DNA of 51,148 nt from a virus (Duplodnaviria; Caudoviricetes), in the IMG/VR virus record IMGVR_UViG_3300011116_001170, positions 1 to 51,148 of that record; one strand, 5' to 3'. This document shows positions 26,623 to 36,143 of this stretch, one piece after another. Made by a program: the position numbers and the translations under genes. Positions within the stretch are counted from its first letter, which is position 1. Each line of letters begins with the position of its first letter. A model generated the notes under the pieces. It saw only the letters and a list, made by a program, of their open reading frames with translations. It was not told the DNA's origin and ran no database searches.

Positions 26623-28014
26623 ATGTTTCAAATAAAATATGTCTACGATTTAGTTGATAAAATTAGCCCCAAACTTAAGACGATTCAAACTAATTTAAAA
26701 GCTACGGCCGATAAGGTTGAAGAGTCTGCTCTAAAGATGTCAAATGGATTTGATAAAGTAAAAAGCAATTTAGATAAAATTGGCAATAAATCTGCACAAA
26801 TTGGTAAAAATTTAATTTTAAAAACAACCCTTCCGCTTGGATTGCTTGGAAATAAGTTTATAAAAACCGCATCAGATTATCAAGAATCTTTAAATAAAGT
26901 CGAAGTTGCCTTTGGTGGTGCTGCAAATAGCGTTAAAAGCTTTTCTGAAAGTGCTGGAAAAAACTTTGGTATTGATCGAGGTTCTGCTTTAGATATGGCA
27001 GCAATGTTTGGTGATATGTCAACGTCAATGGGTTTATCGCAAACAAAAGCCGCAGATTTATCAACTAAGTTAGTTGGATTAGCTGGCGATTTAGCTTCAT
27101 TTAAAAATATTAATGTAAGCGAAGCAACTACGGCATTAGCTGGAGTTTTTACTGGAGAAACCGAGTCTTTAAAACGCCTTGGAATTGTAATGACAGAAGT
27201 AAATTTACAACAATTTGCTTTGAGTCAAGGAATTACAAAAAAGCTTCAAAAAATGAGTCAAGATGAGAAAGTTCTTTTGCGCTATAATTATATTATGGCA
27301 ATGACGAAGAACTCGCAAGGCGACTTTACTAGAACTCAAGCAGGCTTTGCAAATCAAACTAGAATTTTATCTTCTCGCTTTAAAGATTTAAGTATAACTC
27401 TCGGATCTATTTTACTGCCTTATGCAAATAAAATTTTGAGCGTAATAATTAATTTGATTGGAAAATTTCAAGCTTTAAGTCCAACAACTCAAAAAATAAT
27501 TCTTGTTTTGGGTGCTTTAGCTGTAATAATTCCGCCTCTTTTAATTGCTTTTGGTTTTATGGCTAATGGAATTGTAGCTATTGGTGCAGCGTTTGCGCTT
27601 TTAATTTCACCAGTTGGCTTAGTAATTGCTGGAATTGCTGCCCTTGCCGTTGCTGGCTATCTTTTAAAAGATAGTTTTATGATAGTTTTCAATTTTTTAA
27701 AAGACGAATTTCTTTCAATTTTTGATGCTATAGGTGCAAAGATTGACGTAGCAATTGCAAAGTTTAATTCTTTTAGAACTGATGCGGCAAGCGTGCTTTC
27801 TTTTGTTGGCTTAGATTCTTTAGCAAATAGCGTTGCGCCTTCACCAGTAAATCAAGCAGCTAGTCAAAATATTAACCAACAACAACAAGTAACCGCTGGC
27901 GGTCAAATGGACATTAACATTAAAGGCTTGCCAAAAGGTTCAAATACTAGTTTTGCCCCTGCGCCTAAAAACTTTATGAATGTTGGCGTCAATTCAGTTT
28001 ATGCGGGGAGCTAA
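26623..28014 (+). CDS. tape measure protein
   Basis: LAGDLASFKN and GETESLKRLGI motifs, hydrophobic repeats. Confidence 0.88.
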   Translation: MFQIKYVYDLVDKISPKLKTIQTNLKATADKVEESALKMSNGFDKVKSNLDKIGNKSAQIGKNLILKTTLPLGLLGNKFIKTASDYQESLNKVEVAFGGAANSVKSFSESAGKNFGIDRGSALDMAAMFGDMSTSMGLSQTKAADLSTKLVGLAGDLASFKNINVSEATTALAGVFTGETESLKRLGIVMTEVNLQQFALSQGITKKLQKMSQDEKVLLRYNYIMAMTKNSQGDFTRTQAGFANQTRILSSRFKDLSITLGSILLPYANKILSVIINLIGKFQALSPTTQKIILVLGALAVIIPPLLIAFGFMANGIVAIGAAFALLISPVGLVIAGIAALAVAGYLLKDSFMIVFNFLKDEFLSIFDAIGAKIDVAIAKFNSFRTDAASVLSFVGLDSLANSVAPSPVNQAASQNINQQQQVTAGGQMDINIKGLPKGSNTSFAPAPKNFMNVGVNSVYAGS

Positions 28015-29207
28015 TGACAATTTTTAACATTGCTAGATTGCCAACTGCAAGTTTTAAAGATGTTGAATTTGCTTATCAAGACACAAGCGTTGATGGCGGA
28101 AGAAAAACAATTTCTCATGAATATCCAAACCGCAAAGAACGTTATGTTGAAGATTTAGGCGGAATTGAAAAGAAATTCTCGATTACCGCGTGGACTGATG
28201 ATAATGTTTCTTTTGGCGATAGAGATGCTTTAATTGAAGTCTTAGAAAGTTCGGGAATTGGAACTTTGATTCATCCTACTTTTGGCTCTCAAAACGTTGT
28301 TTGCGTTGGTTACAATGTAAGCGATAATGTAAAAGAGCTGGGCATTTCTAAATTTACTTTGAATTTTGAAGTTGCTTCTTTGAATATTTCGCCCTCTAAG
28401 TTAAAAGGCAATAAAGGGTTTTTAGCTAATTTAAAAAGTAAGATTCTTGGCAGCAATGAAGCTGTTTTTGATAAAGGATGGAAAAGCGTTGTCAAAGCCA
28501 AAGCAAAATTTGATTCTGCCGTTAAAACAACAAAGCAAGTTGCGAATCAAATAAATAGAGCTTCAAGATTAGTCCAAGGTGCGGCTGATTCAATTGGTGA
28601 TGCAACTACTGCCTTAAACCAAATTGTAAATTCTGCTAATTCTTTAGTTCAAAGCCCTTCAAAATTAGCTGCTAATTTAAGAACTTCTTTCGACAATCTT
28701 TCTGTTGGCTACAATTCGGCAAAAGATGTTTTTGTTGTTATGTCAAGTCTTTTTGGCTTTAATGAAAGAGACCGCGTTTCAAATGGCAATTCTCAATTGC
28801 AGCAAGATATAAAATCAAATCAAGATCAATTAAATAATTTTGTGAACGCTTCGGCGATGGCGATTGCTTACAATGCAGCTGCAAATATTGATTATGCGAC
28901 TTTGCAAGATTTAAATTCTGTAAATTCAAAACTTGAAGCTGGCTTTGCTGCTTTGCCTTCAAACTTAGATAAAGATATTTACCAACTTCTTTTAGATATG
29001 CGCGTTGAAGCTACTAATATTTTTTCGCAACTTTCAATTAGCTTGCCAAACATAATTGATTATGAACAAGTCAATCCAATTTCTTTGAATAATTTAGTTT
29101 ACTCTTTTTATGGATCACTTGATTTAAAAGAAAATATTCGAGAATTAAATCAATTTAGCGACACAAGCCGCATTCAAGGCAACATCAAACTTTTAAGCAA
29201 TGTCTGA
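28014..29207 (+). CDS. Mu gpN-like DNA circularisation/tail protein
   Basis: ASFKDVEF, GGRK..HEYP, VEDLG, GTLIHPTFG. Confidence 0.9.
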   Translation: MTIFNIARLPTASFKDVEFAYQDTSVDGGRKTISHEYPNRKERYVEDLGGIEKKFSITAWTDDNVSFGDRDALIEVLESSGIGTLIHPTFGSQNVVCVGYNVSDNVKELGISKFTLNFEVASLNISPSKLKGNKGFLANLKSKILGSNEAVFDKGWKSVVKAKAKFDSAVKTTKQVANQINRASRLVQGAADSIGDATTALNQIVNSANSLVQSPSKLAANLRTSFDNLSVGYNSAKDVFVVMSSLFGFNERDRVSNGNSQLQQDIKSNQDQLNNFVNASAMAIAYNAAANIDYATLQDLNSVNSKLEAGFAALPSNLDKDIYQLLLDMRVEATNIFSQLSISLPNIIDYEQVNPISLNNLVYSFYGSLDLKENIRELNQFSDTSRIQGNIKLLSNV

Positions 29208-30306
29208 TTTAATCTTGGAAGTAAATGGCATAAAATACCAAGGATTTACTGACGCTGCTATTAATAAATCAATTGAAAATCTTGCAAGTCAATTTTCATT
29301 TTCAACAACAGTCAAAGATTCATTTGATTTTATGGCTGGAGTTTTTGGCAAAATTCAAAATGATTTAAAAGTTCAAGATTCTGTTAAAGTATTTATTGAC
29401 GATAATTTAGTTATGTCGGGCTTTATCGAAGATTTAGATATAAGCTATTCTTCAAGCAGTCACTCAATTTCAGTTTCAGGTCGCGATAAAACTGGAGATT
29501 TAATTGATAGCTCCATAATTCCAAAACAATATTTTCAACGAAATTTTGTTAGGCTTTTGGAAACAGTGTTGAAAGACAATGGACATTCGATCGCTGTTAT
29601 TAATGATGTTGCTGATTTAGGAACTTTAAGCGCAAAAGAAGTTATTGCCACAGAAAAAGGCGATACAATCGCTGCTTTTATGGATAGATACGCAAAAAAA
29701 TTACAAGTTCTTTTGATTACCAATGAAGATGGCGATTTAGTTATTACGCGCGAAGGCAGTGATTTAGCTGTTGGTGGATTGATTCAAGAAATTAATGGCA
29801 ATAATAACAATATTCTTTCTGCTTCAATTAATATAAGCACTACGGAACGTTATAGATTCTTTGAGATTTACTCTTCAAAAGGCAATGATGATTTTGTTGC
29901 TCAAACCGTTGGGCAAAGTGGAATTGCAATTGATAATTCAATTAGAGCAACGAGACGAAAACGCGTTAGTATGTCCGCCGATACTGAATCAGTTTCTTTG
30001 AAAAATTTAGCTAAATGGTATGTTAATATAAGACGTGCAAAAGGCTCGCGCTACAATTGCCGCGTTCAAGGATTTTATACGAATAGAAACAACGGTTTGC
30101 TTTGGCAACCCAACACTTTAGTTCAAGTAAAAGATGAGATGTGCCAAGTAAGCGGTCAATTCTTAATTCAAGGAGTTTCTTTTGTTAAGAATTTACAAGG
30201 TTCTTTTACTGATTTATCAATTGTTGAACAAGGTGCTTTTTCAATTGAAGGCGCAAATATTGCTGATGGAAGTAGTTTTGCCACCGATTTAATTGCTAAG
30301 CCTTAG
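29200..30306 (+). CDS. baseplate hub (Mu gp44-like)
   Basis: SGRDKTGDLIDSS, LWQPNTLV. Confidence 0.9.
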   Translation: MSDLILEVNGIKYQGFTDAAINKSIENLASQFSFSTTVKDSFDFMAGVFGKIQNDLKVQDSVKVFIDDNLVMSGFIEDLDISYSSSSHSISVSGRDKTGDLIDSSIIPKQYFQRNFVRLLETVLKDNGHSIAVINDVADLGTLSAKEVIATEKGDTIAAFMDRYAKKLQVLLITNEDGDLVITREGSDLAVGGLIQEINGNNNNILSASINISTTERYRFFEIYSSKGNDDFVAQTVGQSGIAIDNSIRATRRKRVSMSADTESVSLKNLAKWYVNIRRAKGSRYNCRVQGFYTNRNNGLLWQPNTLVQVKDEMCQVSGQFLIQGVSFVKNLQGSFTDLSIVEQGAFSIEGANIADGSSFATDLIAKP

Positions 30307-30307
30307 T

Positions 30308-30814
30308 TTAAGGTGCAATAAGTCCATGCGCTCTAAGCATCACTAATATTGAGTCAACCGTTGCATGAAGTTCAGATAAACCAGCTAATGGGTTAGTAAT
30401 TGCGGGCTGCCGCTCTTTTAAAACTTGCACTCCATCAACTTTGTAAACTCCGCTTGTGTTGATATTGCCAACCGCATTAATCAAGCCAGAAAAAAGAGCA
30501 GAATTACAATTTATCTCAATATCACCATTCTTTTTAAAAGTAATTTTATTTCCAGCGGAAAAATTACCAATTGCTTTCTCGCCAGTTTCTAAAGTTGGCT
30601 GGAGAAGTGGATTATATGGCACGGCAAAGGCACTTGTTTTACTGCCCTGCGGATAGAAAAGCAAAACTAAGCTTCCTTTATCAATTATTGGATTGCTGGC
30701 TTCTCCATAAGGTTGTAAAATCAAAACCTTGTCCAAAATTTCACCTTCAAAAGTTTTTACCTTACATTTAAGCCCGCCATCGCTTGTGCTTAAAATTTGC
30801 GCTTTGCTAATCAT
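30308..30814 (-). CDS. baseplate spike (Mu gp45/gpV-like), inverted
   Basis: QPYG..S.P, LETGE.AI, ITFKKNGDIEI; occupies the gp45 slot between gp44 and gp46. Confidence 0.8.
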   Translation of the reverse strand: MISKAQILSTSDGGLKCKVKTFEGEILDKVLILQPYGEASNPIIDKGSLVLLFYPQGSKTSAFAVPYNPLLQPTLETGEKAIGNFSAGNKITFKKNGDIEINCNSALFSGLINAVGNINTSGVYKVDGVQVLKERQPAITNPLAGLSELHATVDSILVMLRAHGLIAP

Positions 30815-30819
30815 AAAAA

Positions 30820-30835
30820 TCTTGGTTTTCGGATT
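30820..30835. promoter_or_regulatory. repeated late-region motif, copy 3
   Basis: TCTTGGTTTTCGGATT between the divergent gp45-like and gp46-like genes. Confidence 0.65.
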
Positions 30836-30886
30836 TTGTTTTTTGGGATTTAAAAAATACTTTTAATCAAACATTTTTTGTAAATT

Positions 30887-31327
30887 ATGGCAATCGATTT
30901 AAAATTCAAGCAAGATTCAAACGGAGATTGGGATATTGATTTCGCTAATGGTGATTTTGAATTGACCGATGGTTTAGATACCGCTGTTTATATGTCTGTT
31001 TTTTGCGAAAAAAGAGCCTCTAGTTCCCAAATTTCAGAGCCTAATTTGCGACGGGGACATTTTACAAACGAATTTTCTAAAAAAGAAGGCTATCAAGTTG
31101 GCTCGCTTTTCTGGCTATATACAGAGCAAGCTAAAAATACTGACAGCAATTTAAGATTGCTTGAAGGCGCAATTACCGATGGCTTGGCTTGGATGATTGA
31201 AGACAATATTTTTTCAAAAACAAAAGTACAAGCGACTAGATTAAATACTCAAATTGAACTTCAAATCGAACTTGTAAATAAGCTTCAAAAAAATAGCCAA
31301 TATTATAATTTATTTGCCGCCACATGA
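30887..31327 (+). CDS. baseplate protein (Mu gp46-like)
   Basis: LDTAVYMSVF...RA, RRG, GSLFWL, LAWMIED. Confidence 0.88.
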   Translation: MAIDLKFKQDSNGDWDIDFANGDFELTDGLDTAVYMSVFCEKRASSSQISEPNLRRGHFTNEFSKKEGYQVGSLFWLYTEQAKNTDSNLRLLEGAITDGLAWMIEDNIFSKTKVQATRLNTQIELQIELVNKLQKNSQYYNLFAAT

Positions 31328-32667
31328 CAATAAACTTTCCATCAATTACACAGATTCAAGAAAGGATTGTTAGTGATTTAATTTTAGCGATAAACGCTGG
31401 TCAATTAGATAGCTCGAAACATGTCGATCCAAATATTCGCAATAACGCAATTCGCGGTTTAACAAGTGCGATGTCCGCTGGTTTTGATGAAAACAATGAT
31501 TTAATCAAAGATCTTTTAAAACAACTTTTTCCGCAAACTGCGACAGATGAATATTTAGAAAATTGGGCTTCATTTTTTGGCATTACTCGCAAAATTGCCA
31601 TGCAAGCTTCTGGTTATGTTATTTTTGAAGGCACTGCGTCAACTTTAATTCCCGCCGCAACTGCAATTCAATCAGCAGATGGCACAGAATACGAAACCCA
31701 AGCAGCAGCGACAATTTCAACATCAACAATTGGATTGGCTTCACTAACTAGAAGCGGCGCAACGGCAACGGCAACCACTACTTCAGCACATAATTTAGCG
31801 ACTGGTGCAACCATAACTATTTCAGGTGCGTCTCAATCAGACTACAATATCACAACTACAATTGTAGTAATTTCAGAAACCTCTTTCACATTCCAAGTTG
31901 CTAATTCACCAGTAACGCCAGCAACTGGCACAATTTTGGCAACTTTCACAACTGCCAAAGTTCAAGTTTCAGCTGTTGAATACGGGGCAAATGGTAATTC
32001 GGGCGGTGGTTCAGAATTAACTTTAATAAGCCCGATTGTAGGCGTTGAAACTAGTTGTTATATTGATTATAGCGGATTTACAAATGGACTTGATTTAGAA
32101 GATGATGAGTCTTTACGCACAAGACTTTTGGAAAGAACTTCTAATTTTAGCGCGCCTTTTACTGCTAACGGATTGCCTGTTTTTATTAAAGAAAAAATAA
32201 GTGGCATTAATAGGGTCTGGGTTCAAACAGCAACGCCAGCCGCTGGGAAAGTTACAATTTATTTTACAAGGGATGGCGACGCAAATAATATTCCTACATC
32301 AGCACAAGCCTTAGCTGTTAAAAATGCAATTATTGATCCAGATAGCGGCATTACGCCAGCAAATACGCCTGACAGTTATGTAATTGTGAGTCCACCAACA
32401 GCAGTTCCAATAAATTTTAGCTTCTCTTCTTTATCGCCAAATACTGCTGCAATGCGTTCGGCAATTTCAACAACTCTTTATGATTATTTTAGAAGTGATT
32501 CGGTTGCGGTTGGTGGCGATTTAGTTGCTAATGAGTACAACTCTTTAATTTATAGCGTAATTGATGCAGACGGCAATTCTCCAACTTTTAGCTTAACATT
32601 GCCAAGCGGCACAATTTCAATTTCTGATTCAGAATTAGCAACTTTAGGTAATATTACATTTCCATGA
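31324..32667 (+). CDS. baseplate J (Mu gp47-like)
   Basis: QLFPQTA..EYL..W...GITRK, G.D.EDDESLRTRLL. Confidence 0.9.
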   Translation: MTINFPSITQIQERIVSDLILAINAGQLDSSKHVDPNIRNNAIRGLTSAMSAGFDENNDLIKDLLKQLFPQTATDEYLENWASFFGITRKIAMQASGYVIFEGTASTLIPAATAIQSADGTEYETQAAATISTSTIGLASLTRSGATATATTTSAHNLATGATITISGASQSDYNITTTIVVISETSFTFQVANSPVTPATGTILATFTTAKVQVSAVEYGANGNSGGGSELTLISPIVGVETSCYIDYSGFTNGLDLEDDESLRTRLLERTSNFSAPFTANGLPVFIKEKISGINRVWVQTATPAAGKVTIYFTRDGDANNIPTSAQALAVKNAIIDPDSGITPANTPDSYVIVSPPTAVPINFSFSSLSPNTAAMRSAISTTLYDYFRSDSVAVGGDLVANEYNSLIYSVIDADGNSPTFSLTLPSGTISISDSELATLGNITFP

Positions 32668-33266
32668 GTTTTTTAGAAAATAGAAGCATCGCAACGCAAA
32701 CAAATATTCTGGCTGGTTATTTACCAAACGACGATTTGCACCAACTTAAAAATTGCGAAGGTTCAAATTTAAGAAAAGTTTTGATCGGATTGGCTTCGCA
32801 ATGGCTAGAATTTAGAAATAAAATTAATGAAGTTTTCGACGAATATAACCCAAACAATACCACCGCGCTTTTAGAAGAATGGGAAGGTTTTGTTGGCATA
32901 CCTGATTTTTGCATTTCAAACGTTGGTACGATTGAACAAAGAAGATTGAATATTTTACTTAAATTGTCGGGCGTAAATGCGACGACTAAAAAACAATTTG
33001 AAAACATCGCGGCAATTTTAGGTTACAGTGTAGTCGTTCAAACTGGAGTTGATACCTCAACATTTCCGCTTACATTGCCATTTATTTTAATGAGTGAAGA
33101 AGAAGCCCCATTTATTATTGTTGTGAAACTTCCTGCTTCTTTGCAACCAAACGGCTTTCCTTTGACTTTACCTTTTACGCTAAGTTCTGGTGCACCTGAA
33201 ATTTTGAATTGTCTTTTTAATAAATTGAAGCCAGCAAATACAAAACTTTATTTTTTATACTCTTGA
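32664..33266 (+). CDS. baseplate wedge (Mu gp48/YmfQ-like)
   Basis: LLEEWE..VGIPD.C, CLFNKLKPANT. Confidence 0.88.
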   Translation: MSFLENRSIATQTNILAGYLPNDDLHQLKNCEGSNLRKVLIGLASQWLEFRNKINEVFDEYNPNNTTALLEEWEGFVGIPDFCISNVGTIEQRRLNILLKLSGVNATTKKQFENIAAILGYSVVVQTGVDTSTFPLTLPFILMSEEEAPFIIVVKLPASLQPNGFPLTLPFTLSSGAPEILNCLFNKLKPANTKLYFLYS

Positions 33267-33276
33267 AATTCGGATT
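33261..33276. promoter_or_regulatory. repeated late-region motif, variant copy 4
   Basis: TCTTGAAATTCGGATT upstream of the tail fibre gene. Confidence 0.55.
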
Positions 33277-33333
33277 TTGTTTTTTTGTTAAAAAAAGCAC
33301 AATTTTTTTAAATTAAAACTATAATAAAAAAAT

Positions 33334-34815
33334 ATGTCAAGTTTTATCACGTCAAAAGTAAATGGAAATCAAGTCGGCGCAGACGAATGGAATCAATTAG
33401 CTGATTACAACGCTCTTATTTCATCGAGCCGTCAAACTCCAAGCACATCAGATACAAACCAAAGCTCTATTGCTGCGGCAAGTTATGCAAGCGGTGGTCA
33501 ATTTTATTTAGACATTGGAACGGAAAATTCTTATGTTTTAAATACAGTTTTACCTTTTAAAGCTCCTGTCAATGCAACGCTTACCTACTTTGTTGGCATG
33601 ATAATTAAATTTCGCGCTGGCAATGCCAACACAGGTGCATCAACTGTCAACGTCAATTCCGCTGGAGTTAAAAACCTTAAAAAAGAAGACGGCATAACTG
33701 ATTTAGATGTTGGTGATATTTCAACAACTAATGATATAACATTTAGATATAATGGCACTTCGTTTGTTCGAGTGCTTGAAAAAAATCCTTTATTTTCAAA
33801 CAAAAACGCCATCATCAATGGCGATTTTAACATTTGGCAACGCGGAACTTCTTTTGCAAGTGTTGTGGATTCTACATATACAACCGATCGTTTTATTTAT
33901 AGAAAAACTGGCTCAATGGTTCACGATATTTCGCGTTCAACTGATGTTCCAACGCAAGCGGGCAGACTATTTAATTATTCTGCATTAGTTGATTGCCAAA
34001 CAGCAGATGCTTCAATTTCTGCAACAAAATTTTGTCATTTGACTCAAGCTGTAGAAGGTTTTAATTTTTTACCTTTGGCGCAAAAATCAATGACTTTGTC
34101 TTTTTATGTAAAAGCAACTAAAACAGGCATTTATTGCGTTTCTTTTAAAAACGCTGCAAACAATAGATCGTTTGTTGCCGAATACACGATAAACGCTTCT
34201 GACACTTGGGAATTTAAAACTGTTGTAATTGCCGCTTCGCCAAGCGCTGGAACTTGGGATTACACAAATGGTATTGGAATTGCTGTTGGTTTTACTTTAG
34301 CTTGTGGCTCAAACTTTCAAACAACAGCAAATTCTTGGCAAACTGGTGATTTTGTAGCGACAGCAAACCAAGTGAATGCTTGCGACAGCACTTCAAACAA
34401 TTTCAGAATAACTGGCGTTCAACTAGAAGCTGGCTCGGTTGCTACCCCTTTTGAAAATAGAACTATTCAAGAAGAATTAACTTTGTGCCAAAGATATTTT
34501 GAAATTTTAGGAGGAAGTGCTAATACTCCTTTGTGTACAGCTTTCGCATCATCAACTACAGGGGCGCAAGGGATTATCAATTATGTTGTTGAAAAAAGAG
34601 CAGCTGCTTCAATATCTTTTGGGGGGACTAATAAGTTTAGATTCAATAATGCAACTTCTAATTATGTGTCTTCAAATGTAGTTGCTAACAATTCCGCCAA
34701 TAATGTTAAAAGTTTTAATTTAACTTTAACAATTTCTGGGGTTACGGCTAATTCAGGAGGTGTTATCGATACCGTTGACACTTTAGGAACAATATCAATT
34801 TCTTCGGAATTATAA
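33334..34815 (+). CDS. tail fibre protein
   Basis: NTGASTVNVN, KNAIINGDFNIWQRGTSF, GVQLEAGSVATPFE...EL.LCQRYF. Confidence 0.88.
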   Translation: MSSFITSKVNGNQVGADEWNQLADYNALISSSRQTPSTSDTNQSSIAAASYASGGQFYLDIGTENSYVLNTVLPFKAPVNATLTYFVGMIIKFRAGNANTGASTVNVNSAGVKNLKKEDGITDLDVGDISTTNDITFRYNGTSFVRVLEKNPLFSNKNAIINGDFNIWQRGTSFASVVDSTYTTDRFIYRKTGSMVHDISRSTDVPTQAGRLFNYSALVDCQTADASISATKFCHLTQAVEGFNFLPLAQKSMTLSFYVKATKTGIYCVSFKNAANNRSFVAEYTINASDTWEFKTVVIAASPSAGTWDYTNGIGIAVGFTLACGSNFQTTANSWQTGDFVATANQVNACDSTSNNFRITGVQLEAGSVATPFENRTIQEELTLCQRYFEILGGSANTPLCTAFASSTTGAQGIINYVVEKRAAASISFGGTNKFRFNNATSNYVSSNVVANNSANNVKSFNLTLTISGVTANSGGVIDTVDTLGTISISSEL

Positions 34816-34818
34816 ACC

Positions 34819-35370
34819 ATGAAAATTACAAAAGTTCAAGAACAAAAAAATAGTTATCTGGTCAATGATTCAATATTTGTGCCAAATGCACAAGACAATT
34901 CTGATTATCAAGCTGTGCAAAAATGGATTGCTGATGGTGGAGTTGTTGAAGCTTTTGATTATTTGGCAGAAGCTAAATTAGCTAAAATAGCTCAAGTAAA
35001 AATTAATCGCAATGCAGCTTTGGAAAAAACTTGGGTTGCTTCTACAGCTCATGAATGGGAGAAAGAAGAAGAGCCAAAAGTATATTTTGAATTTAGCACA
35101 AAATCAACTGGAATTGTATTAACAGAGCCGCACACAATTGTTTTTGGCGCGCTTCTTAGTGTAGTGCCAATTAAGTATAGTTGTAAAATAATTGAAGGCG
35201 AGAGTAGGCGTGAAGGTTACATTATTTTGAATCAAGAAGTTGCTGGAAAATTATCTAATCATCTTAGAAATGATGGAACAACTTATGTTACTTTTGCAAA
35301 TGAGAAAGAAGCAGAAATAAATGCTTGCACAACTCTTGAAGAAATTGAAGCAATTGACATTACTTTTTAA
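34819..35370 (+). CDS. tail fibre assembly/chaperone-like protein
   Basis: VP...NSDYQAVQKW..DGG, C-terminal INACTTLEEIEAI. Confidence 0.7.
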   Translation: MKITKVQEQKNSYLVNDSIFVPNAQDNSDYQAVQKWIADGGVVEAFDYLAEAKLAKIAQVKINRNAALEKTWVASTAHEWEKEEEPKVYFEFSTKSTGIVLTEPHTIVFGALLSVVPIKYSCKIIEGESRREGYIILNQEVAGKLSNHLRNDGTTYVTFANEKEAEINACTTLEEIEAIDITF

Positions 35371-35372
35371 AT

Positions 35373-35741
35373 ATGACAGCTGGCATTTCAAACATTAATT
35401 GCGAAATTGGTGCAACTTTCGACCAGCTTTTAACATGCAAAGATAGCAGCGGGAATTTAATTAATTTTACTGGCTATACTGCAAAATTGCAAGTCCGCAC
35501 GAATAAATCAGACACACCAGCTATTTTAACTCTTACGACTGATGCTGGTGGCGGCATAACTCTTGGCGGAGCTTTAGGCACAATTGCAATTCATATTAAA
35601 AACACTCAAACAACTGCTTTAACTGCTGGCGTTTATTATTATGATTTGCTTACAAGTGTTTTTAATTCTGGTTTAAATGAAACCATTGCAACTAGATTAG
35701 TTGAAGGCACGTTTACAGTGATTGAAGGAGTTACTCGATGA
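35373..35741 (+). CDS. virion adaptor (BppU N-terminal-like)
   Basis: GATF, NFTGYTAKLQVR, YYYDL, RLVEG.F.V...VTR. Confidence 0.7.
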   Translation: MTAGISNINCEIGATFDQLLTCKDSSGNLINFTGYTAKLQVRTNKSDTPAILTLTTDAGGGITLGGALGTIAIHIKNTQTTALTAGVYYYDLLTSVFNSGLNETIATRLVEGTFTVIEGVTR

Positions 35742-36142
35742 CTGAGGTTATTTCTGATTCTGAAAATACAATTATTGAAGTTGAAATCGATAAAATCAAT
35801 GTTGAGATTTTAGAAAATAACATCGATTTAAACATACAGATTAACAAAAACATTGTCGAAATTGTTAATCAAACCAATGAAGTAATCGTAAATCTTCAAG
35901 GCATCCAAGGCGCAACAGGTGATTCAACAATTTTAGGCGATTCTCCAATCTTTTCTTACAACAACGATAAAACCCTAGCTCAAATTCTTTACACTTCAAA
36001 CAACGCGACAAAAACTACAACTTATGATGGCAAGTATTTAAAATATTTAGATTCAACAGTTAATAGCATAACTACGCGTAAAGAGTTCTTTTGGAATTTA
36101 GATAATACTTTGGAAAAAATTGTTAAAACAACCTTAAATTAA
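35738..36142 (+). CDS. hypothetical virion protein
   Basis: Coupled ORF with a short Gly-X-Y stretch. Confidence 0.6.
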   Translation: MTEVISDSENTIIEVEIDKINVEILENNIDLNIQINKNIVEIVNQTNEVIVNLQGIQGATGDSTILGDSPIFSYNNDKTLAQILYTSNNATKTTTYDGKYLKYLDSTVNSITTRKEFFWNLDNTLEKIVKTTLN

Positions 36143-36143
36143 A

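Noticed and set aside
30296-30830. Invertase-controlled flip of the spike gene
   Set aside because: No matching inverted repeats at both ends and no recombinase gene in the window.
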